Origin: Basidiobolus meristosporus CBS 931.73
Lineage: Eukaryota; Fungi; Basidiobolomycota
Direction of reading: 5' to 3'
DNA length: 64,000 nucleotides
NCBI GenBank assembly: GCA_002104905.1
Contig: MCFE01000454.1
Coordinates: 8,763 to 72,762 of the forward strand
The notes beneath the pieces are model-generated. The model worked only from the letters and a program-made list of their open reading frames with translations, ran no database searches and was not told the DNA's origin. Positions within the stretch are counted from its first letter, which is position 1. Each line of letters opens with the position of its first letter. Shown here in pieces: positions 37,478 through 47,627 of this stretch. Both the position numbers and the translations under genes were made by a program.

Positions 37478-38269
37478 ATGAAAGTTGTTGCTGATCTTCC
37501 CTACTCCAATCCTAGCCCAGTTACTGCTAATCGTAGAAGCAAACGCAAGGGAGTTCCAGTAAAGTCACCAAGCCATTTGGATTTAGATACTGCACCAGGG
37601 ATAATATTCAAATTTCCCATCTACTTTCCACCTTCTCCGCTTGATCTGAGCCCACCAAGCCCGGCCGAGTCTACCAGCTCCTCCTCCAGCTCCATCACGG
37701 AGGATGAGGCTACAGAAAAATCAGACGGAAGCATCATACTGCACTATCCAGTACTTCTGTCACATGTTGCGAGAAAGCGAAGAGCAAGATCCTTGGATAT
37801 CGATGTTCCCAAATCCTCCAGAACTCAAAATTTGGCATCGCCAACACAGAAGCCACGGAGATCTAGTGAACATTGGCCACGGGATTCTTCAGCAAACTCC
37901 ACCTCACTTCAAGGCATAGCTCATCATCAGAATGACCTCGTACATTCCCACGAATCGACATCACCTGGTCACTCCTCGCCCGATAATTCCGGGCTCGCAT
38001 GCACCAAAAAATGTTGCGCTTCTTGCGGTGTAAAACACACCCCTTGCTGGCGTCCCGGGTGGTCTGAACATGTTCCACTTTGCAATTCATGTGGGCTAAG
38101 GTATTATCGATTTCAGTATGACTTGCTCCTCCCCCACTGATCTAATCGTTGATTTAGATATCGTAAGACCAAGATTTATTGTCGGGGCTGCCTATACATT
38201 CCTCTTAGGAGTGAAATTAATGCCAGCTCCAAATGTCCAAAATGCCTCGAGGACTTCCGCCAGACGTGA
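37478..38269 (+). CDS. GATA zinc-finger factor, Ash1-like, with one intron near 38101
   Basis: CASC-X18-CNSC containing TPCWRPGWS. Splicing gtatta...atttag gives GLRYRKTKIYCRGCLYIPLRSEINASSKCPKC*. Confidence 0.85.
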
Positions 38270-38780
38270 GTCTGTTTAGTAGAGTTTCCTAAAATGTAGG
38301 GCTCGTTCACTACTAAAGTACCAACTTTGTATATAAATGGATATTCTGGGGTGAGTCCACTACATCCGTAATGCAACATATGTTTCTCACTTGTGAATGC
38401 TCGCTGACTTGCATGAATCCATCATCAGGAATGGTCACACACAATCTATTATTATTGTCAATCACTGGTAAAATAAAAATACTCCAACCATGATTGCTGT
38501 TTTCTTCGGGGATGGTAGGTACGCTTAGTATTGTTCATAGAAATTTTCAGCAAACACATGGTAATAGCGGATAAATCTCACTTGCCCTAGAAATCATTTA
38601 TGGAATCACAAATGATTCATTGCCATATTAAGCCGCGGTTTCTCATTTGCTTGGTCTTGACGTAGCACCTGCAACTGATCATTGATGCCGATACCATTCC
38701 ACCAATTGACCACTCTTTGATACAAGAAGCATTTATAATAGATCAATCTTTTTATTCTGTTAATTTACAAATCGAGTCTA

Positions 38781-39131
38781 TTAGACGTTAACGATAACAT
38801 CAACTCTATCCTTCAAGCAAACAATTGCCCGAATGTCCAGGCCGAGTGCCCGAACCTTAGCGTCAACAAGCGGACAGCCTTCATTGGGGCCTTGATGGGT
38901 AGTGGCGGTGTTAGGAGGCATCGAGTTGTTCTTACTGAGACAGACGACAGCGTTGATGTTTAGACCAAGAGCCTTTATCCGGACCTCAGCATCATCACAA
39001 GTGACAGGCGGGACATGGGGGGACTTCGCAGGTCCAGATCCGACATCCACATTTACACCAACCGGAAAGGGTGAAGCCAGGGCAGAGATAACAGCATAGA
39101 GTATGGTGAATGAGCCCAAGATGAAGCGCAT
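38781..39131 (-). CDS. Small secreted protein (116 aa, 4 Cys, internal repeat), paralog A
   Basis: Signal peptide and two C..D....ALGL.I.A.VCL repeats; TATAAATA ~51 nt upstream. Confidence 0.85.
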   Translation of the reverse strand: MRFILGSFTILYAVISALASPFPVGVNVDVGSGPAKSPHVPPVTCDDAEVRIKALGLNINAVVCLSKNNSMPPNTATTHQGPNEGCPLVDAKVRALGLDIRAIVCLKDRVDVIVNV

Positions 39132-39584
39132 AATGACTACTTGTGGTAACTAATCTACTTACCAAGACCTACAAGATCCTCTATTTATACACAACCGTCA
39201 GGAAGTAGCCTTCGATGCAAACTTCACTCTACGAATACCCCCTATTCTGTCTATTAATCTCCGGTCTCTTGGTGAGAAATTTGGTAAATATGGTGAGTAG
39301 TCCAAATGATTAACATTTGGAGTAACAAATGATAACTGTCACCAGACGCTACTTACTGTGCAATTTCTGGTTCGTCGGTAGGGGCACATTGGCGTAGTAA
39401 CCCCTTGGTATATTCGGCCTATTTGAGAAGGATTCCAGCAATCTAATGATTTTTCCGAATGCCTTGGGCTGCAGAAATAAGTGTGGAGATATTAACGCGG
39501 AGTCACTTCAGGTCGGTGTGGAGTTGTATCAGTCAGGAAGTATATAAAGAAGCAGTGCTTTCCTTCTAAGAGCAACTTAGTAAT

Positions 39585-39938
39585 ATGCAATTGTTGTATA
39601 CAGTAACGCTCTTTGCCTGTTTGGCATTCTCCGTTATCGCTTCACCCTTTCCGGTTGGTGTAAATGTGGATGTCGGATCTGGACCTGCGAAGTCCCCCCA
39701 TGTCCCGCCTGTCACCTGTGATGATGCTGAGGTCCGGATAAAGGCTCTTGGTCTAAACATCAATGCTGTCGTCTGTCTCGGTGAGAACGACTCAATGCCT
39801 CCCAGCACCGTCGCCACCCACACTGGCCCCAATGAAGGCTGCCCACTTGTTGACGCTAAGGTTCGGGCGCTCGGCTTGGACATCCGGGCAGTTGTCTGCC
39901 TTAAAGATAGAATTGATGTTTTCGTTGATATTCACTAA
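39585..39938 (+). CDS. Small secreted protein (117 aa, 4 Cys, internal repeat), paralog B
   Basis: Mature region nearly identical to paralog A in inverted orientation; TATATAAA at 39541-39548. Confidence 0.85.
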   Translation: MQLLYTVTLFACLAFSVIASPFPVGVNVDVGSGPAKSPHVPPVTCDDAEVRIKALGLNINAVVCLGENDSMPPSTVATHTGPNEGCPLVDAKVRALGLDIRAVVCLKDRIDVFVDIH

Positions 39939-40235
39939 TACTTAAAATGGCTACGAAGATACATCACTATGCGATTATCTGTCTCTAAATAAACCCGTCG
40001 GATGATGTTACGCTAACTTTTCCTTTAATGAGCACTTTTGCATTTATAAGCTTGATATAAAGATTGAGATGTTTGATCGCAACACGTAGAAATTTGAACC
40101 ACATGATAGATTCATGAATTAACCCTAGAAACGTTTATTGGTAATGATTCATACTACTCACACCCGTATGACTCATTCGTGCGTATATAAATATATGAGG
40201 ACTGAGGTTGTGGGCGACATTTCTACTATTGGCAC

Positions 40236-41237
40236 ATGAAGCTACATCCAGTTCAAAGACTTCCCTTGGAGATATGGATACATATCCTTAGTCATCTTTC
40301 TCTACAAGACTTTGCCCACCTACTTTCAGCGGACCGCAGGTTTGCCAGATTTCTGTACCAGCTTGGCAGTACTGAGTGGCTGCAAATTATTAGGCAGATG
40401 TGGACCGGATTAAGCGGCAAAGCAATGCCCTGGACAGAATACAGAGAAACCAAGGATGATGTATTGTGGATGGCCAACACTCAATTCGCCAGGATCGAGG
40501 ATAGGTCTCGATTACTACGGCATCTACTATACATTGATCGCATGCAGCAAGATATAGTAGAATCCATACTTCGTGAATCAGTTTATTTACTCGAATGCCC
40601 TAGACACCCACCCATTCATTTCGCCATGTGCTATACGCAAGATTCACATCCCTACCGACTCTATGGTAACGACATCTTAAAGCATCTACAGAAATCCCTG
40701 TCCGTCGTACTGCCCCTGGATTTTTTACACTTCCTACTTTGTTACTCCCATCGCTTGGCTCTCAAACAGCCCAATCTTCAATGGGATTTCAGATTCACCA
40801 GTCCGCCCTTCCTCTTCTTGGGTCCAGAGGAAACATGGCGCCACTTCCGGCTGCTGAATTTAGAGGAGTATGTAGACCCCGACTTTGAAGAGGGTATTCG
40901 TCCCTCTCATGTACTTTACAACCGACGAAATCCTAATATCAACGCCTCGTGGAAGGTCAGCAATAGAAAACTGCTAGTCATTAGTCAAAGCACATCAGGG
41001 GATAGACTGCTCTTGGATGTGACGCACCCAGATAGTAGCACGTTTGGTTGGATATATGCCCACTCTAATCATCCACTAGTATTCAATACTCACAACCCAC
41101 AATTTCTGGACTTCAGCATCACCGATCTTATGTACAGAATCACCAGCAACGATCAGATGAAATTGAAAACCATTTGGTTTCATAATCTTTTTGACAAGCC
41201 CAACAGGGGTTGTTCAATGCTTCATGTAAATAAATAA
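40236..41237 (+). CDS. F-box protein with an SMI1/KNR4 (SUKH)-like C-terminal region
   Basis: F-box LPLEIWIHILSHLSLQDFAHL. The SUKH-like pattern is LPLDFLHFL ... LLVISQSTSGDRLLLDV....TFGWIY. Confidence 0.75.
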   Translation: MKLHPVQRLPLEIWIHILSHLSLQDFAHLLSADRRFARFLYQLGSTEWLQIIRQMWTGLSGKAMPWTEYRETKDDVLWMANTQFARIEDRSRLLRHLLYIDRMQQDIVESILRESVYLLECPRHPPIHFAMCYTQDSHPYRLYGNDILKHLQKSLSVVLPLDFLHFLLCYSHRLALKQPNLQWDFRFTSPPFLFLGPEETWRHFRLLNLEEYVDPDFEEGIRPSHVLYNRRNPNINASWKVSNRKLLVISQSTSGDRLLLDVTHPDSSTFGWIYAHSNHPLVFNTHNPQFLDFSITDLMYRITSNDQMKLKTIWFHNLFDKPNRGCSMLHVNK

Positions 41238-42016
41238 ACGTATGCTCCGAGCAGATACGGTGCCATATGGACGGACACATGCTACATGTGTTCAATCCAA
41301 GGTCCCTATCAACTGCCTAATCACCCAAACTTATCGCCTTGCATAACTTATCACTTTCTCAACGGAGTAAACGTGTGATGTAATGGTTTTGGGGATTGGA
41401 CACGGAAATTAGACATAACCCCTCAATAGTATTGATGTCTAGAGTGTTGGCTGGCAGCGGTGGGAATCTATATGAAACTCTTGGTCGTTGCCTAAGCCCC
41501 ACTCCATTGTTTGCTGATACACGAATACCAATGGGATGCAGTATTGGGGTGCGGTCAAGTTGTTAGCAACTTTGAATGGCGGGTCTACGGAATTCTAATT
41601 AGGTCTAGTCTCACGGCTGCAATCCAACCCGATCACATTTAGGACGATGTGTCAATTACATTATACTGCGAAGGATCTGCATATATTGGCCTACATCTTA
41701 GGCCTATTACCTATCTATTTATATGTGTTGCATCTGGGCCCAATCAATATTTGGATATTATCGAATTCTCTCTGGAGGCAATCCCATCTCACTGGTCGAT
41801 ATGCACAATCTTCGGATCATTTGCAAGTTTTAACTAGTTCCTTTCCACGATTTGTGGATCTCCTAAAATGAAAGTTTATACTAAAGCGGTATGTTGATTT
41901 GTATAAAAGCGCCTGGGGTGACTTTACAGTACTCACCAACTGCCATCCACTGTGCTCTCTTGGCTACTACCTCTACTTTCCAAACATTATCCGATATCCA
42001 TTCTAAAATTGACAAT

Positions 42017-42238
42017 ATGTTCGCAGTTCCAGTGCGCTCTACCATTTCCAAAGCCATGCCTTTCCCGTCTATAGCCTTCGTTGGCCTGACGCTCGGAGCC
42101 AGCAGCATCGCCATTCTCAACACGAATACCCCAAATACTCTTCCACCTACAGCAACGAAACCTAAGGGCAATACGAACAACGCCTCTCATCCTTCTATGA
42201 TCCTGTCCCTTTCCCCTGGGGACTACGTATGTTTGTGA
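42017..42238 (+). CDS. Candidate 73-aa microprotein; possible divergent member of the YVWW family
   Basis: MFAVPVRSTISKAMPFPSIAFVGLTLGASSIAIL...LSPGDYVCL*; TATAAAA at 41902-41908. Confidence 0.5.
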   Translation: MFAVPVRSTISKAMPFPSIAFVGLTLGASSIAILNTNTPNTLPPTATKPKGNTNNASHPSMILSLSPGDYVCL

Positions 42239-42855
42239 TTTGACCACCGGATACTCCTGCGGAGATCTGCTTCATGGATACCATATCATAACCTAGAATC
42301 GCTTCAAGCATTTTGTAAATTTACTCCGTACCTTCTCTCACAAATCTAAAGGAGGGAAAACATTTTAGACGCTCAAAGTCCTATTAACAAAACCCGCTCA
42401 ATATAATTCGTCTCCTTTGTCCTGTATAGAATACCTATCAATAACATCAATAAATTCGAAAGAAGATTCGGTCACCCCATGATATGCACACCACCAATAG
42501 CCTGTTGAGCAGTCTATCCATCTTAGGACACAACTCTATATAATTAATGTTTCCACATAGTTTGTGTTACAATCCCGAGTGTTGGCATAGGATAGCATGC
42601 GTAACTCTAAAGTGAACTCTTTTTAGCCAATGTAGGTGAGCCAATTGAACCCTCCTGGCGGACTTACATGTATTCAAATAGTATCGCCATCATTCTTCAG
42701 ATTTTGCCATATTTGGACAAAGTTGGCAAGAGAACGTCAGTTAGTTTAATGATCTGGTATATATTGTTTGTCTATACTTAATTACATTGTCAATTTCAAT
42801 TTTGTTTACATGTGTGGATGAAGGTTCACAGATTGTTTAAGCATGTGTTGAGCAT

Positions 42856-43056
42856 TCACCACCAAACGAAAGTACCAAGATCCTTCGCCATTGAGCCTTT
42901 AAAGGAGCAGATCTCGGGTCCTTTAGCTTTCTGGGTCAGAAGTGTGGATCCAAGCCAGCCGACGCCGAAAACACCCAAGGCCGCTAACGATAGTGGGCTT
43001 GCGGAATTGATAACCCGAGCAGAGATAGAAGTAGTGCGAATGATTGTTGCTGACAT
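42856..43056 (-). CDS. 66-aa microprotein, YVWW family member 1
   Basis: MSATIIRTTSISARVINSASPLSLAALGVFGVGWLGSTLLTQKAKGPEICSFKGSMAKDLGTFVWW*; TATAAATA ~55 nt upstream. Confidence 0.72.
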   Translation of the reverse strand: MSATIIRTTSISARVINSASPLSLAALGVFGVGWLGSTLLTQKAKGPEICSFKGSMAKDLGTFVWW

Positions 43057-44134
43057 GTTGAGTATTAACGAGTTCGCTGTCACGATGTAGATTCCCAGAC
43101 ACCATAACGGTATTTATATTTGAAAAAAACCGAATCGACATTTCAACACACTACTCCACCAACTGTGCCCAGGAAATTTTCCATTTTCTTTTCGCAGACT
43201 GGGTCCCGAATATTCCAAACCGATTTCGAATGTTTTCTTTGATGGAGTGTAGCTGTACCCAGCATTTTTTCCAAGAAATGGAGAGCGAATTGGCCCCTGA
43301 ATTCGACATTCAATAAGTAATTTATCGCTTTTCAACGATTCGTTGTACAGGCGCAAGTGGAGATTGCGTCGGTGTTCTCCATGGACTCCAACAAATACAA
43401 TGAATTTGATCACCGCCCGCTTGATTCGTCTCTCCATACGATTGCTTTGACTGCCAGAAATGAGCAAAATTAATAACAGTGCATCACAATTGGCACAATC
43501 TGATCGTAAGATTGTCCTAATGAAATTATCCACCCGAATTATCCCGAGCGTACACAAGTCAGTCTAGCTCAGTGTTAGCAATAATAGTCCACTCATCACT
43601 CATCACTTATCACTCATCACCAGTATCGCTTTAATTCCAAGAATAAGAATTCGTAAGTCTGAAGCCTGAATTGTGCCCATGTGATAGGCTCCTAAATATA
43701 GGTGATTGATTTGTTGACCCACATGGCTAATAAATTTCATTGCAGCTGGGCGATGTAGGTAATTCTACGCCAGAGGACGAATTTGAAAATAATCCGATTA
43801 CTCAGAATGATTCTGGAAGCACAGGAGTTAAAGTGAGTGGGATCTAGATGATCTTTTTCGTCGAGGAATCGGGAAACTTGGGGAAGACATCGGAAGACTC
43901 AGAATCGGTTAAATCTCCCTGGCCAACTAGTGGTTTAGACGGCTGGTGGAGCTAAGCCGTTGGTTAATCCTTTTTTCGGATTAGCCACTTACGTTACTCA
44001 CCAATCCATTTCCTCGTTACATCGGGTGGATTCGGAGGCCAGCAGGTTCACAGTGCAGCTTTGAAGGATTATAAAATTTACCTATTCGCCTCAGGAAGTA
44101 TTCAGATCTTCAAATCAACCTAGCAACCATAGCA

Positions 44135-44287
44135 ATGAACTCTACCACCTTCGTCGCCAAGGAGAGCTCCTTCAAAGGCATCCGCGAGCTTCTTGCGTTC
44201 AAATGGCTCCAATCAAAACCTACCCAAGGTGCTACATTGACGAAAAGTAATCTTTCTCAGGATCTTGGCTCCTATGTCTGGTGGTAA
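44135..44287 (+). CDS. 50-aa microprotein, YVWW family member 2 (below the ORF-track cutoff)
   Basis: Hand-translated MNSTTFVAKESSFKGIRELLAFKWLQSKPTQGATLTKSNLSQDLGSYVWW*; TATAAAA at 44070-44076. Confidence 0.72.
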   Translation: MNSTTFVAKESSFKGIRELLAFKWLQSKPTQGATLTKSNLSQDLGSYVWW

Positions 44288-44639
44288 CCCATAGATACCC
44301 CAGCCTGTACTCTTTACACCACCTAGACAAATGTAAATATAATGTTCCATGCGAATAAACCTTCGGATAAATCCTCACAACACATTCCTTTTCTCTGACT
44401 ATTTCTGCATTATCTCGAGTTCGATGGAAGTCGATAATTCGTGGCAAATCTGTTGTTCTATGGATGGCCTTGTTCGGCGGTAATTCCTGATCTTATGGTA
44501 AATTGGGTAAACTTCGATCATGTTGCTCAAACTCCTGATGTTTCCTTTTCAAGTCTGAGGTTACAAAATACGCGATTGCAGTTTATTAAAAAGAAAATAC
44601 AGGTTGATATATATAATACAGTGGCTACAGGGCTTGTTT

Positions 44640-44843
44640 TCACCACCAAACATAGGACTCCATATCCTGCTTTAGTGTAGGCTTGCTTGGAGAAAGCTGA
44701 TGCGACTTGCTTTTGTTGATCGCGGTGGCAACGAACCACGCTATTGAGCCAGAGCCAAGTCCAGTGAGCATAAATGGTCCAAAGTTGGCCGAGGCGATGG
44801 GCATGAGTCTGAGGTATTGGAAACGTGTAAGCGCGAAGTGCAT
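44640..44843 (-). CDS. 67-aa microprotein, YVWW family member 3
   Basis: MHFALTRFQYLRLMPIASANFGPFMLTGLGSGSIAWFVATAINKSKSHQLSPSKPTLKQDMESYVWW*; CTATATAA ~57 nt upstream. Confidence 0.72.
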   Translation of the reverse strand: MHFALTRFQYLRLMPIASANFGPFMLTGLGSGSIAWFVATAINKSKSHQLSPSKPTLKQDMESYVWW

Positions 44844-46344
44844 ATTGTGGATTGCTGTCAAACGGTGGATTGATGCTGGTACCAAGAGATAATTTAGGCT
44901 TATATAGGTGAGGTATGGAGAAAGTCGTATATCACCGCTCCGTCATTGGTGATCCATTAGCTTCCAGAACGTCTTGTGTGGGGTCCACGAGTGAAAGGTT
45001 AATTGGAGCCAACCAAGTATAACTATAGTATATATATATACTACAGACTGAATGTTTTTAACTGAACCGTAGTCAAATATGGAAGCAGAGACCACCAGAA
45101 TTCTATAATAGGAAACAGAGCTGGGATACTATATTAGTGATAATTCTAGACCGAATACTGATGATCGGAACAGAAGTTGACCTGTATTTACAGTGAACGA
45201 TTGTTGAGGGATGATTTAACTGAAGTGGAAGTGAATTCTGACTGAGCATATCAACTGAGTATAGAGATGGAGTTCACCTAAACTCGGCAATATCCAAATA
45301 ACGATCTATAATTTGTCGTGGGGATTGGTATCAGCGAGTTAATGGGTCTAGAAGGAAGCTGGAAATGTTGTAGCATATAGATTTAGTATCGCAGCATGTG
45401 TACAGACATCTAGTGCCACTTAATACACACGCCTTTGGTTTCAAACTGACACAGGCTGGGGAATTGGTTTGCAGTCTCGTCAAAATTTTACGCATTATTC
45501 GAACTCCAAATAACAATCAGGATCTATTATTTATTTGCATTATTTGCATTATTTGTAGGGATTTGGTTAAACATGGGTTAAACTTATTTAATCCCAATCA
45601 ATTCCTTCGGAATTAGATTGCTTGACGTGGCGCATAAGTGTTTTAAAAATACATCAAATTAAGCCATTTTTAAATTTTGTTTAATGTCAATTGGAGGCCA
45701 ACAGTCTAATACGTAGAATAAAACGCGGAAACCAATTATCACAATCTTACTCAAATTTAATGAAAGAATTAGCAATGGGTAGTGGTAGCTTCTTAATAAT
45801 GAAATCTTTACAAGCACCTGGTGGCGAGAATTATTTAGGTATTTATTGATGGTTCTGGACATCCATGACTTCATAAATCGCCAATAGTTGACAGCAAAAG
45901 TCAAAATGGAACTACAAATTCCGTTTGCAAATTCCCCGATTAATTGAAATATTAAAATACCAGAAGGTACACAGGTGTCCAAGGTATCTAAGTTTTGTAC
46001 ATGCCTCTTGATGGCCCACTGTAATGCATTTCTATTCAAAGATCTGGGAAGTTCCTTGGAGGTAAAGTTTCCCTTCACTCTGTAAGCTTTGTTCAACTTA
46101 ACATCAAGTAATACATGGACCTTCAGATATTGCATGCTAGTCAAATGCCTTATCAGATGGGAAAATAATCATCAATGGGATTGAAAAGGGGAGGAGTGCA
46201 GATAAAATTCAACTTTTGCTTGATTTGAATTCAGTATTGTTAGTATCATTCTTGCATCCAAATGAGTATATTAGCTATATCACATAGACCATAAGCAATG
46301 CACATTATTACTCACTTACCAATATCTCTATTAGGTGTTGTTAG

Positions 46345-47000
46345 TGTCTTGGAGATTTTGGAAGTGATTGGGAAAACAAGTAGATTATGCGATTTTCACT
46401 TAATGATTTATTCAATGTAAAAGTGGTATTTATGCTTATACATGATATTGGCAAAACAAGAATGCGAAATATGTTTAAAAAAGGTCCCAAGAGCATGTGT
46501 GCAAAGTTTGGGGCTGTTTGGACAACCTTGAGAAATTCCATGTTCTGGGCGCCTGATATTTTGGTGAAAATATTCGAAGTACGTCCCGACAAGGTATTTG
46601 GTCAGAATTCTCTAAGATTTGTAGATTATGTACCAAGTGGCCAAGTTAGGTGAATATTTAGGTGTAATTACGAAATTTACAACATTGTGATCTACTTCGA
46701 AATCTACGGGTACCCAAAATATGATTATTCTCGAAGTTGTCTATGTGAGCCAAGACTATGCGCGTATTGTTGCAAAATTCTGAAAGCATTGGAAGTGATT
46801 CGGTGAGCGCAGAAAACTGTATGATATTTACTCGGTAGTTTGTTGATTTGAAATTAGGCATTCCTACTTCTGAAAGCACTTTGTCAAGTTGAATCTCAAT
46901 ATATTTTAAGAAAGTTATCATGAGATGATGTGCCAAGTTTGGGGTCTTTTGGAAGAGCTTGAAAGTTCTGATAGCTTCACCAAGTCAAAGAATTGGCCCG
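46345..47000 (+). repeat. Dispersed non-coding repeat with a degenerate ~430-bp internal period
   Basis: Homologous to 13050-13260. TTGGAAGTGATT recurs at ~46358 and ~46788, and TGTGC.AAGTTTGGGG at ~46498 and ~46929. Confidence 0.65.
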
Positions 47001-47627
47001 CATACTACAAGCTCGGTATAAATTAAATAACTTGAACACTTGTGTCCTTGGAGCCTTCCTGTATATATTCTACAGGCTTTTTCCAAGTCCTTGAAAACAT
47101 AAGGTACAACTTGTTCAGTTGATAATGCTGTAAATTTCGTATTTATGAAACTTATTTAACACCTATATCTATCGCATATCTTGAGTCTCAACTTTGCTAA
47201 TTGCCGTATTAAGAACTGTGAGTTTAGGAATTGGCATGTAGGATGCATATTACTTTAGATCATTAAAGCCCCAGTAGTCATTAAAATAATGTCGCTTTTG
47301 TCCAAATAACTCCAAGGTAAGTTTCCGGAGTTGAAACATTCGTATGGTCGATTCCGCAGTACGGATAGGTTCAAGAGTGTATCTGTAGAAGCACAAAAAC
47401 GAAGAAATGATTAGTAGTGCGCCAAGTACGATGGGTTCAATCGAAATAAAGCTCTTTCAGCATCTGTGTACTTGCGCACTGATGTAAATGCAAATAAAGG
47501 CACACTTGGCGTGCTAATAGCCAAACTTCTACGACACTACTCAAGGCCATATATATATTGTTGATATGAATCAAAATGATTTTCATGTTTATTTTTACAC
47601 ACAGTTAATCGAGGCAACAAATGGTAT

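Noticed and set aside
43114-43557. 147-aa ORF on the minus strand
   Set aside because: No recognisable domain, and it runs into the TATA box of the 42856-43056 microprotein gene.
45155-45245. TGATGA...CTGA arrangement resembling a box C/D snoRNA
   Set aside because: There is no clear terminal stem, and I cannot verify an rRNA-complementary guide without a search.
45659-46144. 161-aa ORF in AT-rich DNA next to the dispersed repeat
   Set aside because: No motif and no supporting paralog; it could be a decayed transposon fragment or a chance ORF.
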